Shown: piece after piece, positions 1 through 8,935 of the stretch
Numbering within the stretch: position 1 is the first letter of the stretch
Layout: each line of letters opens with the position of its first letter
IMG/VR virus record: IMGVR_UViG_3300048839_001305
Location: 1-62,994 of that record
Direction: 5' to 3' (one strand)
Origin: a virus
Taxonomy: Duplodnaviria > Caudoviricetes
Length of the DNA: 62,994 nucleotides
Made by a program: the position numbers and the translations under genes
The notes under the pieces: model-generated
What the model saw: only the letters and a program-made list of their open reading frames with translations
Database searches by the model: none
What the model was told of the DNA's origin: nothing

Positions 1-45
1 TGGACGTGACGACCGAGGCGGCCGTGGCCGATGGTGAGGTGACCG

Positions 46-414
46 ATGGCGAGTAACCCGTTTGGCGAGTACGTCTGGGGCCGCGCGGCGGCCGAGGTCT
101 TCGGCGTGGCCGACGCCCCCGGCGTGTGGCGGGCCATCGCCCGCCACGGCGCGGAGTACCCCGGCAAGCTGGAGGTGGTCGAGATGGGCCGTCGCAAGAT
201 GGTGCCGCGCGACCAGCTGGAGCGCTTCACCGCCTGGTACAACGCCGGGCCGGGTCAGTACGGTGGCAAGCGCAAGCCGGCGGGCGAGGTGGGCGACGGG
301 CAGACCGAGACGGCCGCGCCCCTCGCGCCGGCCACGACGAAGGAGAAGGCGGCCGTCACCGACGCGCGGCGGGCCAGCCTGGCCCGGCAGATCGCGCGGT
401 TGACGGGGATGTAA
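46..414 (+). CDS. Hypothetical protein, possible excisionase-like HTH
   Basis: GAGGTG SD before ATG; GRRKMVPRDQLERF resembles the end of a MerR/Xis-type HTH. Confidence 0.55.
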   Translation: MASNPFGEYVWGRAAAEVFGVADAPGVWRAIARHGAEYPGKLEVVEMGRRKMVPRDQLERFTAWYNAGPGQYGGKRKPAGEVGDGQTETAAPLAPATTKEKAAVTDARRASLARQIARLTGM

Positions 415-422
415 GCAGGCGA

Positions 423-444
423 CCGCCCGTGGTTGCGGCGGCCG
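423..444 (+). repeat. 22-bp intergenic hairpin repeat, copy 1
   Basis: CCGCCCGTGGTTGCGGCGGCCG, identical to 1082-1103. Confidence 0.9.
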
Positions 445-470
445 GAGTCAGTTGGTTCAGGAGTGTACCC

Positions 471-1073
471 ATGACAAAGAAGGACAGAGTAACCCCTCTC
501 CAGGCCGCCCGGCAGTATGCGGTCGAGCACCCGGAGTACGAAGGGCGCATCGAGGTGGCGGTGCTGCGACCGAAGGGCCGGGGCGGCTGGGGCGTGATGA
601 AGCAAAGCGTCACCGCCTGGGCGCGGGACGGCCAGGCGGTGCTGGCCAGGCGCGCGCGCATCTACGACGAACAGGCGCGCCGCAAGGTCTGGGGGCCGTG
701 GAACGGTCACTGCGTGGTCTGCGGCCGTGTGTATCTGGTTTCGTCCGTGGATTACGTTTACCGCGCCGACGAGCGGGCCGGGCAGCCGCTTGGCCCGGAG
801 AACGTCGCGGAGCGCGAGCGTTTCGTGCGCCAGTGGGGCAGCTATCTGCCCACGCTCAAGGAGCAGGGGCAGGGGGAGCCGGTGTACGCCCAACTGTGCT
901 CCATCGACAACGTCTGCGCCACGTGCGCCGAGGCGCTGGGCATGAGCGCCCGGACGTGTTGGCCGCGGGGGCAGGAAGTAAACGAGATCGAGTGCCGGCC
1001 GGCCGGGTTCGCCCCGAAGCCCGCGCCGCCCGTGGTCTACATCGACTTGACCAAGAACGAGACGAACGAGTAG
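471..1073 (+). CDS. Hypothetical protein with two CxxC motifs
   Basis: AGGAG SD before ATG 471; CVVC and CATC. Confidence 0.7.
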   Translation: MTKKDRVTPLQAARQYAVEHPEYEGRIEVAVLRPKGRGGWGVMKQSVTAWARDGQAVLARRARIYDEQARRKVWGPWNGHCVVCGRVYLVSSVDYVYRADERAGQPLGPENVAERERFVRQWGSYLPTLKEQGQGEPVYAQLCSIDNVCATCAEALGMSARTCWPRGQEVNEIECRPAGFAPKPAPPVVYIDLTKNETNE

Positions 1074-1081
1074 AGACACGG

Positions 1082-1103
1082 CCGCCCGTGGTTGCGGCGG
1101 CCG
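1082..1103 (+). repeat. 22-bp intergenic hairpin repeat, copy 2
   Basis: Identical to 423-444; GGCCGCC...GGCGGCC stem. Confidence 0.9.
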
Positions 1104-1124
1104 AAAGGACGAAAGGGAACTGCG

Positions 1125-2009
1125 ATGACGACAGAGACGATGACCAACGAGACAACCAGGCTGGAAGAGTTGCTGGCGAAGGCCCGCGCGACGCGCGAAG
1201 CCCGGCGGCAACAGCAGGAGGCCGAGAAAGCGGCCGAGCAGGCCGAGTGGCAGCAGCCATTTGGCGAGGCCGTGGCCCGGGCGCGGGCCATCGTGGAACC
1301 GGCGCTGGGCGAGTGCGCCACCGAAGAGTACGACGGCAGCTACAGGCGCCTCCTCGTCATCCCCCGCGTCTGGAAGGGGCTGGTGACGTTCTACATGGAG
1401 ACGGGAAACGGCGGCATGTGGAAGCTTGCCGGCGCGAAAGCGACCTGCTACCTCGCCGGGCCGGATGAGTGGGAGTTGAGCGGCCCGCTGGCGTGGCTGG
1501 CGGCGATGGACGACCTGTTCCAGGAGCGGCGCAAAACTGCCCTGGAGTGTCGTACCGCGATCATGGACGCGACGCGCCACGAGACGGTCGCCCGCGAAAC
1601 CCACGCTCAACTGCTCGCGCTGGACGAGACACGGGCCGAAGAGTGGGACGCGCTACTCGCCGCGGCCCATGACCGCATCGCCGCCCGCGCGGCGGCCATG
1701 GACGCCTACGTCCAGGCGCTGGGCGAGTGGCGGTACAAGTACGAAGAGACCCTGGCGGACGACATCGAGCCGACCATCACCGATGGGGAGTACGAGTGGC
1801 ACAAGGTCTGGGCCGGACCGGAGCCGAAGCCGGGCTTGAACCTGGCGACGATCATGGAGTGGCGCTCGTCGCCGCTCCTGGTCGAGAGCAACTGGCGCGA
1901 GGAGCGCGGCCGTCCGGTGGCCTGCGCGATGGTCGAGGCGCTGGCCGACGAGCTGGCCGAGTATGCCGAGATGCTGACGGTCGGGAGGGGACATGAACAA
2001 CCGGGCTAA
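1125..2009 (+). CDS. Hypothetical protein, paralog of 2202-3302
   Basis: AGGGA SD; shared blocks IVEPALGEC and EEWDALL...DAYVQALGEWR. Confidence 0.75.
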   Translation: MTTETMTNETTRLEELLAKARATREARRQQQEAEKAAEQAEWQQPFGEAVARARAIVEPALGECATEEYDGSYRRLLVIPRVWKGLVTFYMETGNGGMWKLAGAKATCYLAGPDEWELSGPLAWLAAMDDLFQERRKTALECRTAIMDATRHETVARETHAQLLALDETRAEEWDALLAAAHDRIAARAAAMDAYVQALGEWRYKYEETLADDIEPTITDGEYEWHKVWAGPEPKPGLNLATIMEWRSSPLLVESNWREERGRPVACAMVEALADELAEYAEMLTVGRGHEQPG

Positions 2010-2175
2010 CTGGTATCTGTATGGCCTGTCCGGCGGCATGGCCCTGATGCTGGTGGCGATAGTGGCGACGCGCTACCCGGCGGCGTGGGCGGCGTTTGCC
2101 CCGCTGAGCTTCGCGCTCAGCCTGGCCGCCGGCCGCGCGGCGCGCGAGGATGGCGTCGCCGCATTGCCGAGTTGA
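1993..2175 (+). CDS. Small membrane protein
   Basis: GGAGGG SD; two hydrophobic stretches. Confidence 0.65.
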   Translation: MNNRANWYLYGLSGGMALMLVAIVATRYPAAWAAFAPLSFALSLAAGRAAREDGVAALPS

Positions 2176-2201
2176 GTCAATAGGTCAACAGGAGTAACCC
2201 C

Positions 2202-3302
2202 ATGTCAACAGCAACATTACCTGACAAGTTCGACGAGCTGGCCGCCCGCGTGGCGGCCGATGATGCCGAGCGGGAGCGAGCGCGGCGCGCGGAGTTGGCC
2301 GTCGAGCAGGTGCAGCAGGATGCGCTGCTCGCCACCGCCCGCGAGATTGTCGAGTCTGCCCTTGGCCCATGCGACGTCGTGCGCGAGTGGGGGTGGACTA
2401 ACCGTTTCCTCGTCAAACCCGTGGTTTGGCGAGGGGTGGTCGAGTTCTCTATCTGGGCGTATGACGGCCGGTGGTATTGTGGCAGGCACGGCCAGGATTC
2501 CGTGCCTGCTGACTGGGAAAATCTTGACGCGGCTCGGTTTCTAGTCCGGTTGCAGCGGAGCTTTGAAACTCGGTTGGCGCAGGACATCGGTTACGGAGTC
2601 GACCGTCTGACCGCGGCCCGCAGCCACGCCGCGGCGGCCGAGGCGCTGGCGGCACTCCTCAAGCTCGCCCCGGAGCGGGCGGACGAGTGGAACGCGCTGG
2701 CCGAGGAAGTCCGCGCCGGCATCGCCCAGCGCGAAGCGGCCGTGGACGCCTACATCGCCGCGCTGGGCGATTGGCGCGCAAAACGCCAGGGGTCACAAGA
2801 GTTCAATAAGGAGTTGCTGGCCGAGGCCCAGGCGCGGCTGGACAGGGAGTTTGAGCGCTGCGAGGCCAGCGTCTTCTACCGCGCCGTGGATGAGGATGGC
2901 GTCAACTGCATCCATGATAGCCGCATCTGGCTGCTCGACGCCGAAGATGCCCACGGCTATGCCGAACTCGGCGACGGCTACTACCGCGTGTTCGACAGCG
3001 GCCGCATCGAGGTGCGAAAGCTCTTCAACGTGGCCTGGATCGGCGCGCCTGTTCGCCAGCGGCTGATGGAGGCGGGCTATGGGCCGTGGCGGGCCACTGT
3101 CTACTTCGATGACATTGGCGAGAAGCTCTACGCCCTGCCGTGGGATGTAGAAGAAGCCCATCGCCTGCTGGACGACCGGCTGGAGCCGCTGGCGGAGGAG
3201 CCAGACCCCTACGACTTCGGCCTTGACGGCAACTGGACGGCCGCCGAGCGCGACCGCATCGAGGCCGCCGGACACACGGTTCGTTCCGACGAGCCGTTCT
3301 AG
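2202..3302 (+). CDS. Hypothetical protein, paralog of 1125-2009
   Basis: AGGAG SD; IVESALGPC and DEWNAL...DAYIAALGDWR. Confidence 0.8.
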   Translation: MSTATLPDKFDELAARVAADDAERERARRAELAVEQVQQDALLATAREIVESALGPCDVVREWGWTNRFLVKPVVWRGVVEFSIWAYDGRWYCGRHGQDSVPADWENLDAARFLVRLQRSFETRLAQDIGYGVDRLTAARSHAAAAEALAALLKLAPERADEWNALAEEVRAGIAQREAAVDAYIAALGDWRAKRQGSQEFNKELLAEAQARLDREFERCEASVFYRAVDEDGVNCIHDSRIWLLDAEDAHGYAELGDGYYRVFDSGRIEVRKLFNVAWIGAPVRQRLMEAGYGPWRATVYFDDIGEKLYALPWDVEEAHRLLDDRLEPLAEEPDPYDFGLDGNWTAAERDRIEAAGHTVRSDEPF

Positions 3303-3406
3303 CGGAGAGGGAAGCATTAGCCCCCGGCCGTCGGAAGCGACCGGGGGCCGGGCGGGGGTAGAGCCTCCCGCCTGTGTCGCAGTATACAACAAGTTGAGGT
3401 AGAGCA

Positions 3407-3589
3407 ATGAATCCGTATGTGGTGTGGTTCTTGATTCTGATCGCCGTCTTCCCCCTGACCGGCTTCCTGCTGGTGACGGTGGGCCAGCCGGTACGGCCGT
3501 TGGGCCATCTACTCAAGGCATCGGGTTTTTGGACGCTGGTGGTGTGGGTCGTGCTGGCGGCCGTCTTCGTCTGGGGGGCCGCGCAATGA
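3407..3589 (+). CDS. Small membrane protein
   Basis: GAGGT SD; two TM-like segments. Confidence 0.7.
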   Translation: MNPYVVWFLILIAVFPLTGFLLVTVGQPVRPLGHLLKASGFWTLVVWVVLAAVFVWGAAQ

Positions 3590-3807
3590 CGCAACAGACC
3601 GAGCGCGTCCGCAACGCCATCAACGGCCTTCTGAGGCGCAACCGCCGCACGGAGGGTGTCGAGGTCGAGGAAATGTACATGAGCCGGGAACTGTTCGTCG
3701 CCCGGCTGCGGCAGCCCAAGATCATCGAGGGCCGGTACATCGACGTAGACAAGACGGTGGACATGGCCGACCTGTTTGAGATGCATGACGCGGAGGCGGG
3801 GCGTTAG
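3586..3807 (+). CDS. Hypothetical protein
   Basis: ATGA overlap with the upstream gene. Confidence 0.65.
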   Translation: MTQQTERVRNAINGLLRRNRRTEGVEVEEMYMSRELFVARLRQPKIIEGRYIDVDKTVDMADLFEMHDAEAGR

Positions 3808-3938
3808 GCCCCACGCCACTTGCCGGGGAAGGCCCGCTGCCCGGCCCGTGACGGGGGCAACGATGGAACCGACCTCTACGCCGGGATAGGCCCCGGCACC
3901 GTCGGCCGGGCCGCACAGGTCGAGCGAGGGAACGAGCA

Positions 3939-4151
3939 ATGGACAACGTGAAGCAACTAAGAAAGTCACTATCGAAGGCCGAGGCCACCTTGCGCCGGGC
4001 GCAGGCGGCGTACTCGACGTGCCTCCTGGCGAGCGACCACGCCGGCTGCGCGGCCGAGCAGGACACGCTGGCCCGCGCCGAGCGCGAGGTCAATGCCCTG
4101 CGGCACAAGATGGCCGAGGCCGAACGCCAGGCCGGGCGGAGGATGGCCTGA
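3939..4151 (+). CDS. Small coiled-coil protein
   Basis: GAGGG SD; heptad-like sequence. Confidence 0.65.
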   Translation: MDNVKQLRKSLSKAEATLRRAQAAYSTCLLASDHAGCAAEQDTLARAEREVNALRHKMAEAERQAGRRMA

Positions 4152-4543
4152 TGGACACGAGCAACGTCTGCGCCCGCTGCGCCGGGCCGGGGGCCAACAC
4201 CTACTCCGGCGACGAGTGGACGCACTATTACATGGGTGACTGCATCGAGCATCTACGCCGCCGCGCCGAGGCGGCCGAGCTTTCGGCAAGCCGCAACCGG
4301 GGAGCGCTGTGGGACGAGCACCAAAGACTCCAGGCGGCCGAGGCGAAGGTGGCCGAGTTGGAAGACAAGCTCGCCCGGCAAACGTTTGTGACGGACCGAC
4401 GGCCGCCGGAGGGCGAGCCGGTCGAGGTGCTGCTCGTCGCCCAATGGGAGCCGCGAATTGTGCCGGAGGCTCGCGGCCGTTGGCGCGACCGGCGATACGA
4501 GACGCTGAGCGGCGTACTGGGCTGGCGGCCCAAACAGGAGTAA
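4151..4543 (+). CDS. Zn-finger/coiled-coil protein with DUF551-like tail
   Basis: TGATG coupling; CARC..H..C; ends VLGWRPK. Confidence 0.6.
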   Translation: MDTSNVCARCAGPGANTYSGDEWTHYYMGDCIEHLRRRAEAAELSASRNRGALWDEHQRLQAAEAKVAELEDKLARQTFVTDRRPPEGEPVEVLLVAQWEPRIVPEARGRWRDRRYETLSGVLGWRPKQE

Positions 4544-4550
4544 TGACGCC

Positions 4551-4970
4551 ATGACCAAGAAAATCTACGATGAATTGACGGAAGACCAGTTATCTGTTCT
4601 CTACAAAGCGCGTTTTATGCAGGACTACCCTGACAGGTCTCTTCTGTTCCGGCGAATATTCAAGCTCGACGACGCGCTGAAAGAGGCCCGCACCTGGCAT
4701 CCCATGACGGAACCCCCACCCTCCAGCGAGCCGGCTTACCTTGTGGCCGCCTGGAGCGGCGACGAGTGGTATTACACCACGGCCTATTGGCACAAGTACC
4801 ACGACCTGATCGACGATGAGGAAAGCGTCGGCCGGTTTATGACCGGCGAGTATGAGTGGTTCCAATTCGAGGGCCAAGAACCCTATCCGTTCGACGCATC
4901 CAGATACTCGCTCTGGCGCGCGATCCACAACGAACCGCCGCCGCCCAACCCGACCGAGTACGTGCGATGA
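4551..4970 (+). CDS. DUF551-like protein
   Basis: WHPMTEPP...YLV...WRAI...PP pattern. Confidence 0.55.
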   Translation: MTKKIYDELTEDQLSVLYKARFMQDYPDRSLLFRRIFKLDDALKEARTWHPMTEPPPSSEPAYLVAAWSGDEWYYTTAYWHKYHDLIDDEESVGRFMTGEYEWFQFEGQEPYPFDASRYSLWRAIHNEPPPPNPTEYVR

Positions 4971-5182
4971 CCCGCCAAACCCGCCCTTCGTACACACGGT
5001 CGCGGCCAAAGGCCGAACGTTGCGGGAAATGCGGCAAGATGACGCCGTTGGACAAGCTCTATTGCCAGAAAAGCGCCGATGACCTCTTTCTCGTAACCGA
5101 ACCGGCGGTTTGCGTGGAGTGCCTTCAGGTGATAGAGGCCGCGCAGCGGGTGGCCACGGCGGAGGAGACGGAGACACCATGA
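4967..5182 (+). CDS. Small Zn-finger protein
   Basis: CGKC and CVEC; ATGA coupling at both ends. Confidence 0.65.
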   Translation: MTRQTRPSYTRSRPKAERCGKCGKMTPLDKLYCQKSADDLFLVTEPAVCVECLQVIEAAQRVATAEETETP

Positions 5183-6195
5183 GATGGTATGACGTGAATA
5201 TCGCTGGTCGCTATGAGGGTAAGCCGCGCGAGGTCAACGAGACCGTGCAGGCCCGCAACGAGGAGCTGGCGGTGAAGAAGGCCGTGGCGGCCGAGCTTGA
5301 CCGCCCTGACTGGAGCGAAATTGTGTGGGACTTCTCCGACGGCGGGCGGATGGTTATCACCGTTCAGGATGACGAGGATGGTTATAAGACGCTCAAGACC
5401 AAGCACACCTCGCTGTACGATCTGGTCACCGAAGTGACCGACGGAGCGCGACTGTCGCGGCTGGCCGGCGCGCCGGAGTTGCCGGGCCTGTCGGATGGCT
5501 CCGCGGCCGAAGGCAACGCCGCCTCGCCCCGGCGTCTACCATCCCGCTTCTTCCGGGTGACGTTGCGCGGCGAGACGCCCGACGGCTACCAAGTGTCACA
5601 CGCCTCGACGTACCGGGCGTGGACGCATGATGGAGCATTGGTCAGGGCGATGGAAGCGGCGCTCGACGTTCGGCCCGGCGACGGCCGTTGGGTCAAGGGC
5701 TTCGCCGGCCCGGCGCTTAGCCCGCGCCTGAAGCACGGCCAGTTGTTTCTGGAGCTTATCGGCCCACCCGGCCCGAAGCGCGGCCTGACGGTGAAGGGCA
5801 GCACGCTATGGGACATCGTGGAGGAGGTCAGCCCGCCGTCATGGGCCACGCCGGACGCCGCACCTGACGCCTACCAGCGGCAAGTGCTGGCGACGTGGGG
5901 CGCGGCCGGCGGCTCCTTCACCGCGCAGCTCCTTCCCGCCGTGCTGGGCCTGGTTGGCGAGGCAGGCGAGGTGGCCGACCTTATCAAGAAGCAACTTTTC
6001 AAGCCGGGCACGGTGCGCGACAACGCGGCCGTCATTGATGAACTGGCCGACGTGGCCTACTACCTGGCCGTCTTGGCGTCGCTCTACGGGGTGACGTTCG
6101 ACGGGCTGTTCGCTCATCTGGCCGGGAAGCTGGCCGGTGGGCACGGCTGGGTAAACCCGTCGAATTCGACGGGTTTGGAGGTGGGTCATGAGTGA
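5179..6195 (+). CDS. MazG-like nucleotide pyrophosphohydrolase with duplicated N-terminal domain
   Basis: C-terminal LGLVGEAGEVADLIKK...DELADVAYYL MazG motif. Confidence 0.85.
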   Translation: MRWYDVNIAGRYEGKPREVNETVQARNEELAVKKAVAAELDRPDWSEIVWDFSDGGRMVITVQDDEDGYKTLKTKHTSLYDLVTEVTDGARLSRLAGAPELPGLSDGSAAEGNAASPRRLPSRFFRVTLRGETPDGYQVSHASTYRAWTHDGALVRAMEAALDVRPGDGRWVKGFAGPALSPRLKHGQLFLELIGPPGPKRGLTVKGSTLWDIVEEVSPPSWATPDAAPDAYQRQVLATWGAAGGSFTAQLLPAVLGLVGEAGEVADLIKKQLFKPGTVRDNAAVIDELADVAYYLAVLASLYGVTFDGLFAHLAGKLAGGHGWVNPSNSTGLEVGHE

Positions 6196-6520
6196 GTTGA
6201 AAAAGCCCCGGCCCAAAACCAGACGGGCTTACGACTACAACGAGTGCCGGGACTGGCTCGAAGTCAAGTACGGCTATGACGAGCGTGACTATGCCCGCAG
6301 GTATGACGATGGCGGCCATGACGCAACCGCTCCCTACCGGGACTTCTGGCACTTTGTCCTCGACATGGAGCAGGTTCATAACGGTTGCTACATCACCATA
6401 AAGGAGGATTGGCTGGAGGATGCGGAGCCGTGGCAACAGGAGATCGTCAACCACTACCTCAGGCACTTCGGGCGCGTTGTTGACGGTATCCGTCAGGCCG
6501 CGTTCTGGGTAGAGTGGTAA
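6188..6520 (+). CDS. Hypothetical protein
   Basis: GGAGG SD; overlaps the upstream stop. Confidence 0.75.
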   Translation: MSELKKPRPKTRRAYDYNECRDWLEVKYGYDERDYARRYDDGGHDATAPYRDFWHFVLDMEQVHNGCYITIKEDWLEDAEPWQQEIVNHYLRHFGRVVDGIRQAAFWVEW

Positions 6521-6556
6521 CAGTCACAAGGCCGACAACCGACAACGGAGAAATCA

Positions 6557-7168
6557 ATGACTAGTGACAATTTCAAACATCCCTACATGGCCGTCGCTTG
6601 CCCCTCCTGCGGGGCAAAGGCCGGCGGCTGGTGCAAGCGGCCGTCGGGCCACAGCGGGCCGTTCGTGGCCTTCCACGCGGCGCGGCGGAAGGCGGCCGAG
6701 GAGGCCGCAACTCAGGCCGAGGGGCAGGGGGAGAGCGTCGCCCTCGTCACCCAGACCGTGCCCGGTACGCTGTCCTGGGCAGTGGAAACCCATATCCGCG
6801 TCAAGGCGGAGCAGCGCGAGGCGCTGTGCTTCGTCCGGTTAGGCGACTTCTACGAGACGTTCAACGACGACGCCATCCTGACGGCCGCGGCGCTAGACGT
6901 GGTATTGACCAGCCGGCCGTTGGGGCAGGGGCAGCGTATGCCCATGACCGGCTTTCCCGCGCACGCCGGCGAGAACTACTTCGCCCGGCTGCTGGCTGCG
7001 GGTCACAAACTGGCGGTGATCGAGCCGGACGGGGCGGCGCGGACGCTGACGGCGGCCGTGGCGACTGTATCCGAGACGGTTGAAGCCGAGCCACTGGTGC
7101 TGTTCCTGTCTGTGCCGAAAGAAGCCATTGCCGGCCGCGGCGTGCCGGTGCAACTGGCGTTGTTTTAG
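6557..7168 (+). CDS. Zn-finger fused to stand-alone MutS domain I (mismatch recognition)
   Basis: CPSCGA..WC..H..H; FVRLGDFYETFNDDA..AAALDVVLTSR..PMTGFPAHA matches the MutS N-terminus; C-terminal QLALF. Confidence 0.85.
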   Translation: MTSDNFKHPYMAVACPSCGAKAGGWCKRPSGHSGPFVAFHAARRKAAEEAATQAEGQGESVALVTQTVPGTLSWAVETHIRVKAEQREALCFVRLGDFYETFNDDAILTAAALDVVLTSRPLGQGQRMPMTGFPAHAGENYFARLLAAGHKLAVIEPDGAARTLTAAVATVSETVEAEPLVLFLSVPKEAIAGRGVPVQLALF

Positions 7169-7190
7169 GAATTTAGAGAGACGCGAGGGA

Positions 7191-7880
7191 ATGATGGCAC
7201 GCCAAAGCGACATAGCGTTGCAGCGCCAACTGAGAGAACGGTTGGTCGCAGCAGGGTACGAGAGACCATTGGATATTCGATATATCCGGCACGAGAACGG
7301 TAAACACCTTGATGCCGCTGTGTTCTATCGCGGCACTGCCCCGGTAGCCATTTTCACTACTGACGGCGAAACCTGGAGCCGGCAGAGCGATTCGGCCGCC
7401 GGACTGGAGCTTAGCGCAGGAGAACAGCCGGCACCATCGCGAGGTGAGAGTCGGGCGCCCCATGAACCCATCGAGCGCGTAGCCGATGCGTTCATGGGCA
7501 TCCATGCGCTAATTGGCGATCTGATTAAGAGGCTGACACACCTCGATGAGCAGAGTGAGGGCGCGGCGCTTTCGGCCTCACTCACCGTCACACGCTTCGG
7601 AGGCGTTCCGGTGCTGGTGGATAAGAGCTTTACCCCGGAGCGCGATTTGGCGTGGCGCAGCACCGAACACACTCCGCTGTGGAGTCTGTATTGGCGCGAG
7701 CCAGTAGCCGCCGGATGCGACTCAGTGTCCTGGTTCGTCTCGCTTGACAAGGGCGCGGACGGCCCACTGCACCTGCACGTGCGCCGGGTGCGCGACCGTG
7801 GGCGAAGGGCAGTCACGGACTGGATGATCGAGGTGGACGGGCTAGAAGAAGTCGCGGCCGACCAGGGACAAACATCATGA
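7191..7880 (+). CDS. Hypothetical protein
   Basis: GAGG SD; lower GC; coupled to the ParB start. Confidence 0.65.
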   Translation: MMARQSDIALQRQLRERLVAAGYERPLDIRYIRHENGKHLDAAVFYRGTAPVAIFTTDGETWSRQSDSAAGLELSAGEQPAPSRGESRAPHEPIERVADAFMGIHALIGDLIKRLTHLDEQSEGAALSASLTVTRFGGVPVLVDKSFTPERDLAWRSTEHTPLWSLYWREPVAAGCDSVSWFVSLDKGADGPLHLHVRRVRDRGRRAVTDWMIEVDGLEEVAADQGQTS

Positions 7881-8932
7881 GTAACACACAACCAATTCAG
7901 CCGCAGGCCATCGAGGCCGAAGGGGCCATTGAGGCCCTCCATATCCCCGTCGCGCTCATCGACCGCGACCCGGCCCAGCCGCGCACCCACTTCGATGAGG
8001 CGGCGCTGGCGGCGTTGGCCGAGAGCATCCGGCAGCACGGCGTCATCCAGCCCATCGAGGTTGAAGAGACGCCCGACGGCCGCTACCGCATTCACCACGG
8101 CGAGCGGCGCTGGCGGGCGTCGAAGTTGGCCGGGCGGGAAACCATCCCGGCCGTCGTCGCCCCGGCGCGCGCGGCCGATGAACGGCTGGTGCGCCAGGCG
8201 CTGGAGAACCTCCACCGCGAAGACCTCAACCCCATCGACGAGGCCCGCGTCTACCAGGGTCTCATCGACCACGGCTGGGCGCGGCTGCGCATCGCCCGCG
8301 AGACGGGCAAGTCGCTACCGACCATCAACGGCCGGCTGGCGTGGCTGAAGCTGGAGCCGGAGGTTCAGCGCCTCGTGGCCCTGGGCCATCTGTCCAAGGA
8401 CGGCCGCCTGGCCGAGAAGCTCTACGTCCTCCCGCCGGAGGCCCGCGTGCCGCTGGCCGGGAAGCTGGCACGGCACGGGCTGGGGTTGCAGGCGTCCCTG
8501 CGGGCGTGCGACCGGGCGGCCGAGGAGATCGCCCGCAAGGCCGAGGCGCTGGAGGAGGGCCGCCGGCACCACGCCGACCGCGCCGCTGGCGTGCCCAGAG
8601 CCAATGGGGCGTTGGGGACGGGCGACCCGCCCGGCCGCAACGGTATGGCCCATCCTGTGCCGCTGGTGGCCTACGGGGCGGGCGGCCGTCGGGCGGTGAC
8701 GGCGACCATCGGCGCGGCGGCCGAGGCCATGTGCCGGCAGTGCGCGGTGCGCCCGGCCGGGGCCGACGTCATCCCGGCGTGGGAGATCGTCGAGCGGGCG
8801 GCGGCCGAGACGTGCGCCGCCTGCGTCAGGCGCGACGGCCCGCCCATCCCCAGGGTGTGCGAACTGTGCCAGGGGGCGGCGCTGTTGGGGCGGCTGGTGG
8901 GGGCGGTGAAGGCGCAGGAGGCGGCGGAGTAA
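7877..8932 (+). CDS. ParB/Spo0J-family protein with Cys-rich C-terminus
   Basis: QPRTHFD..LAESIRQHGVIQPI..HGERRWRA..ENLHREDLNPIDEA. Confidence 0.92.
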   Translation: MSNTQPIQPQAIEAEGAIEALHIPVALIDRDPAQPRTHFDEAALAALAESIRQHGVIQPIEVEETPDGRYRIHHGERRWRASKLAGRETIPAVVAPARAADERLVRQALENLHREDLNPIDEARVYQGLIDHGWARLRIARETGKSLPTINGRLAWLKLEPEVQRLVALGHLSKDGRLAEKLYVLPPEARVPLAGKLARHGLGLQASLRACDRAAEEIARKAEALEEGRRHHADRAAGVPRANGALGTGDPPGRNGMAHPVPLVAYGAGGRRAVTATIGAAAEAMCRQCAVRPAGADVIPAWEIVERAAAETCAACVRRDGPPIPRVCELCQGAALLGRLVGAVKAQEAAE

Positions 8933-8935
8933 CAC

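Noticed and set aside
423-1103. CRISPR-like repeats
   Set aside because: Only two copies about 660 bp apart with a gene between them; no cas genes
6557-7168. mutS pseudogene
   Set aside because: Intact ORF with SD, its own Zn finger and clamp motif; no remnants of other MutS domains nearby
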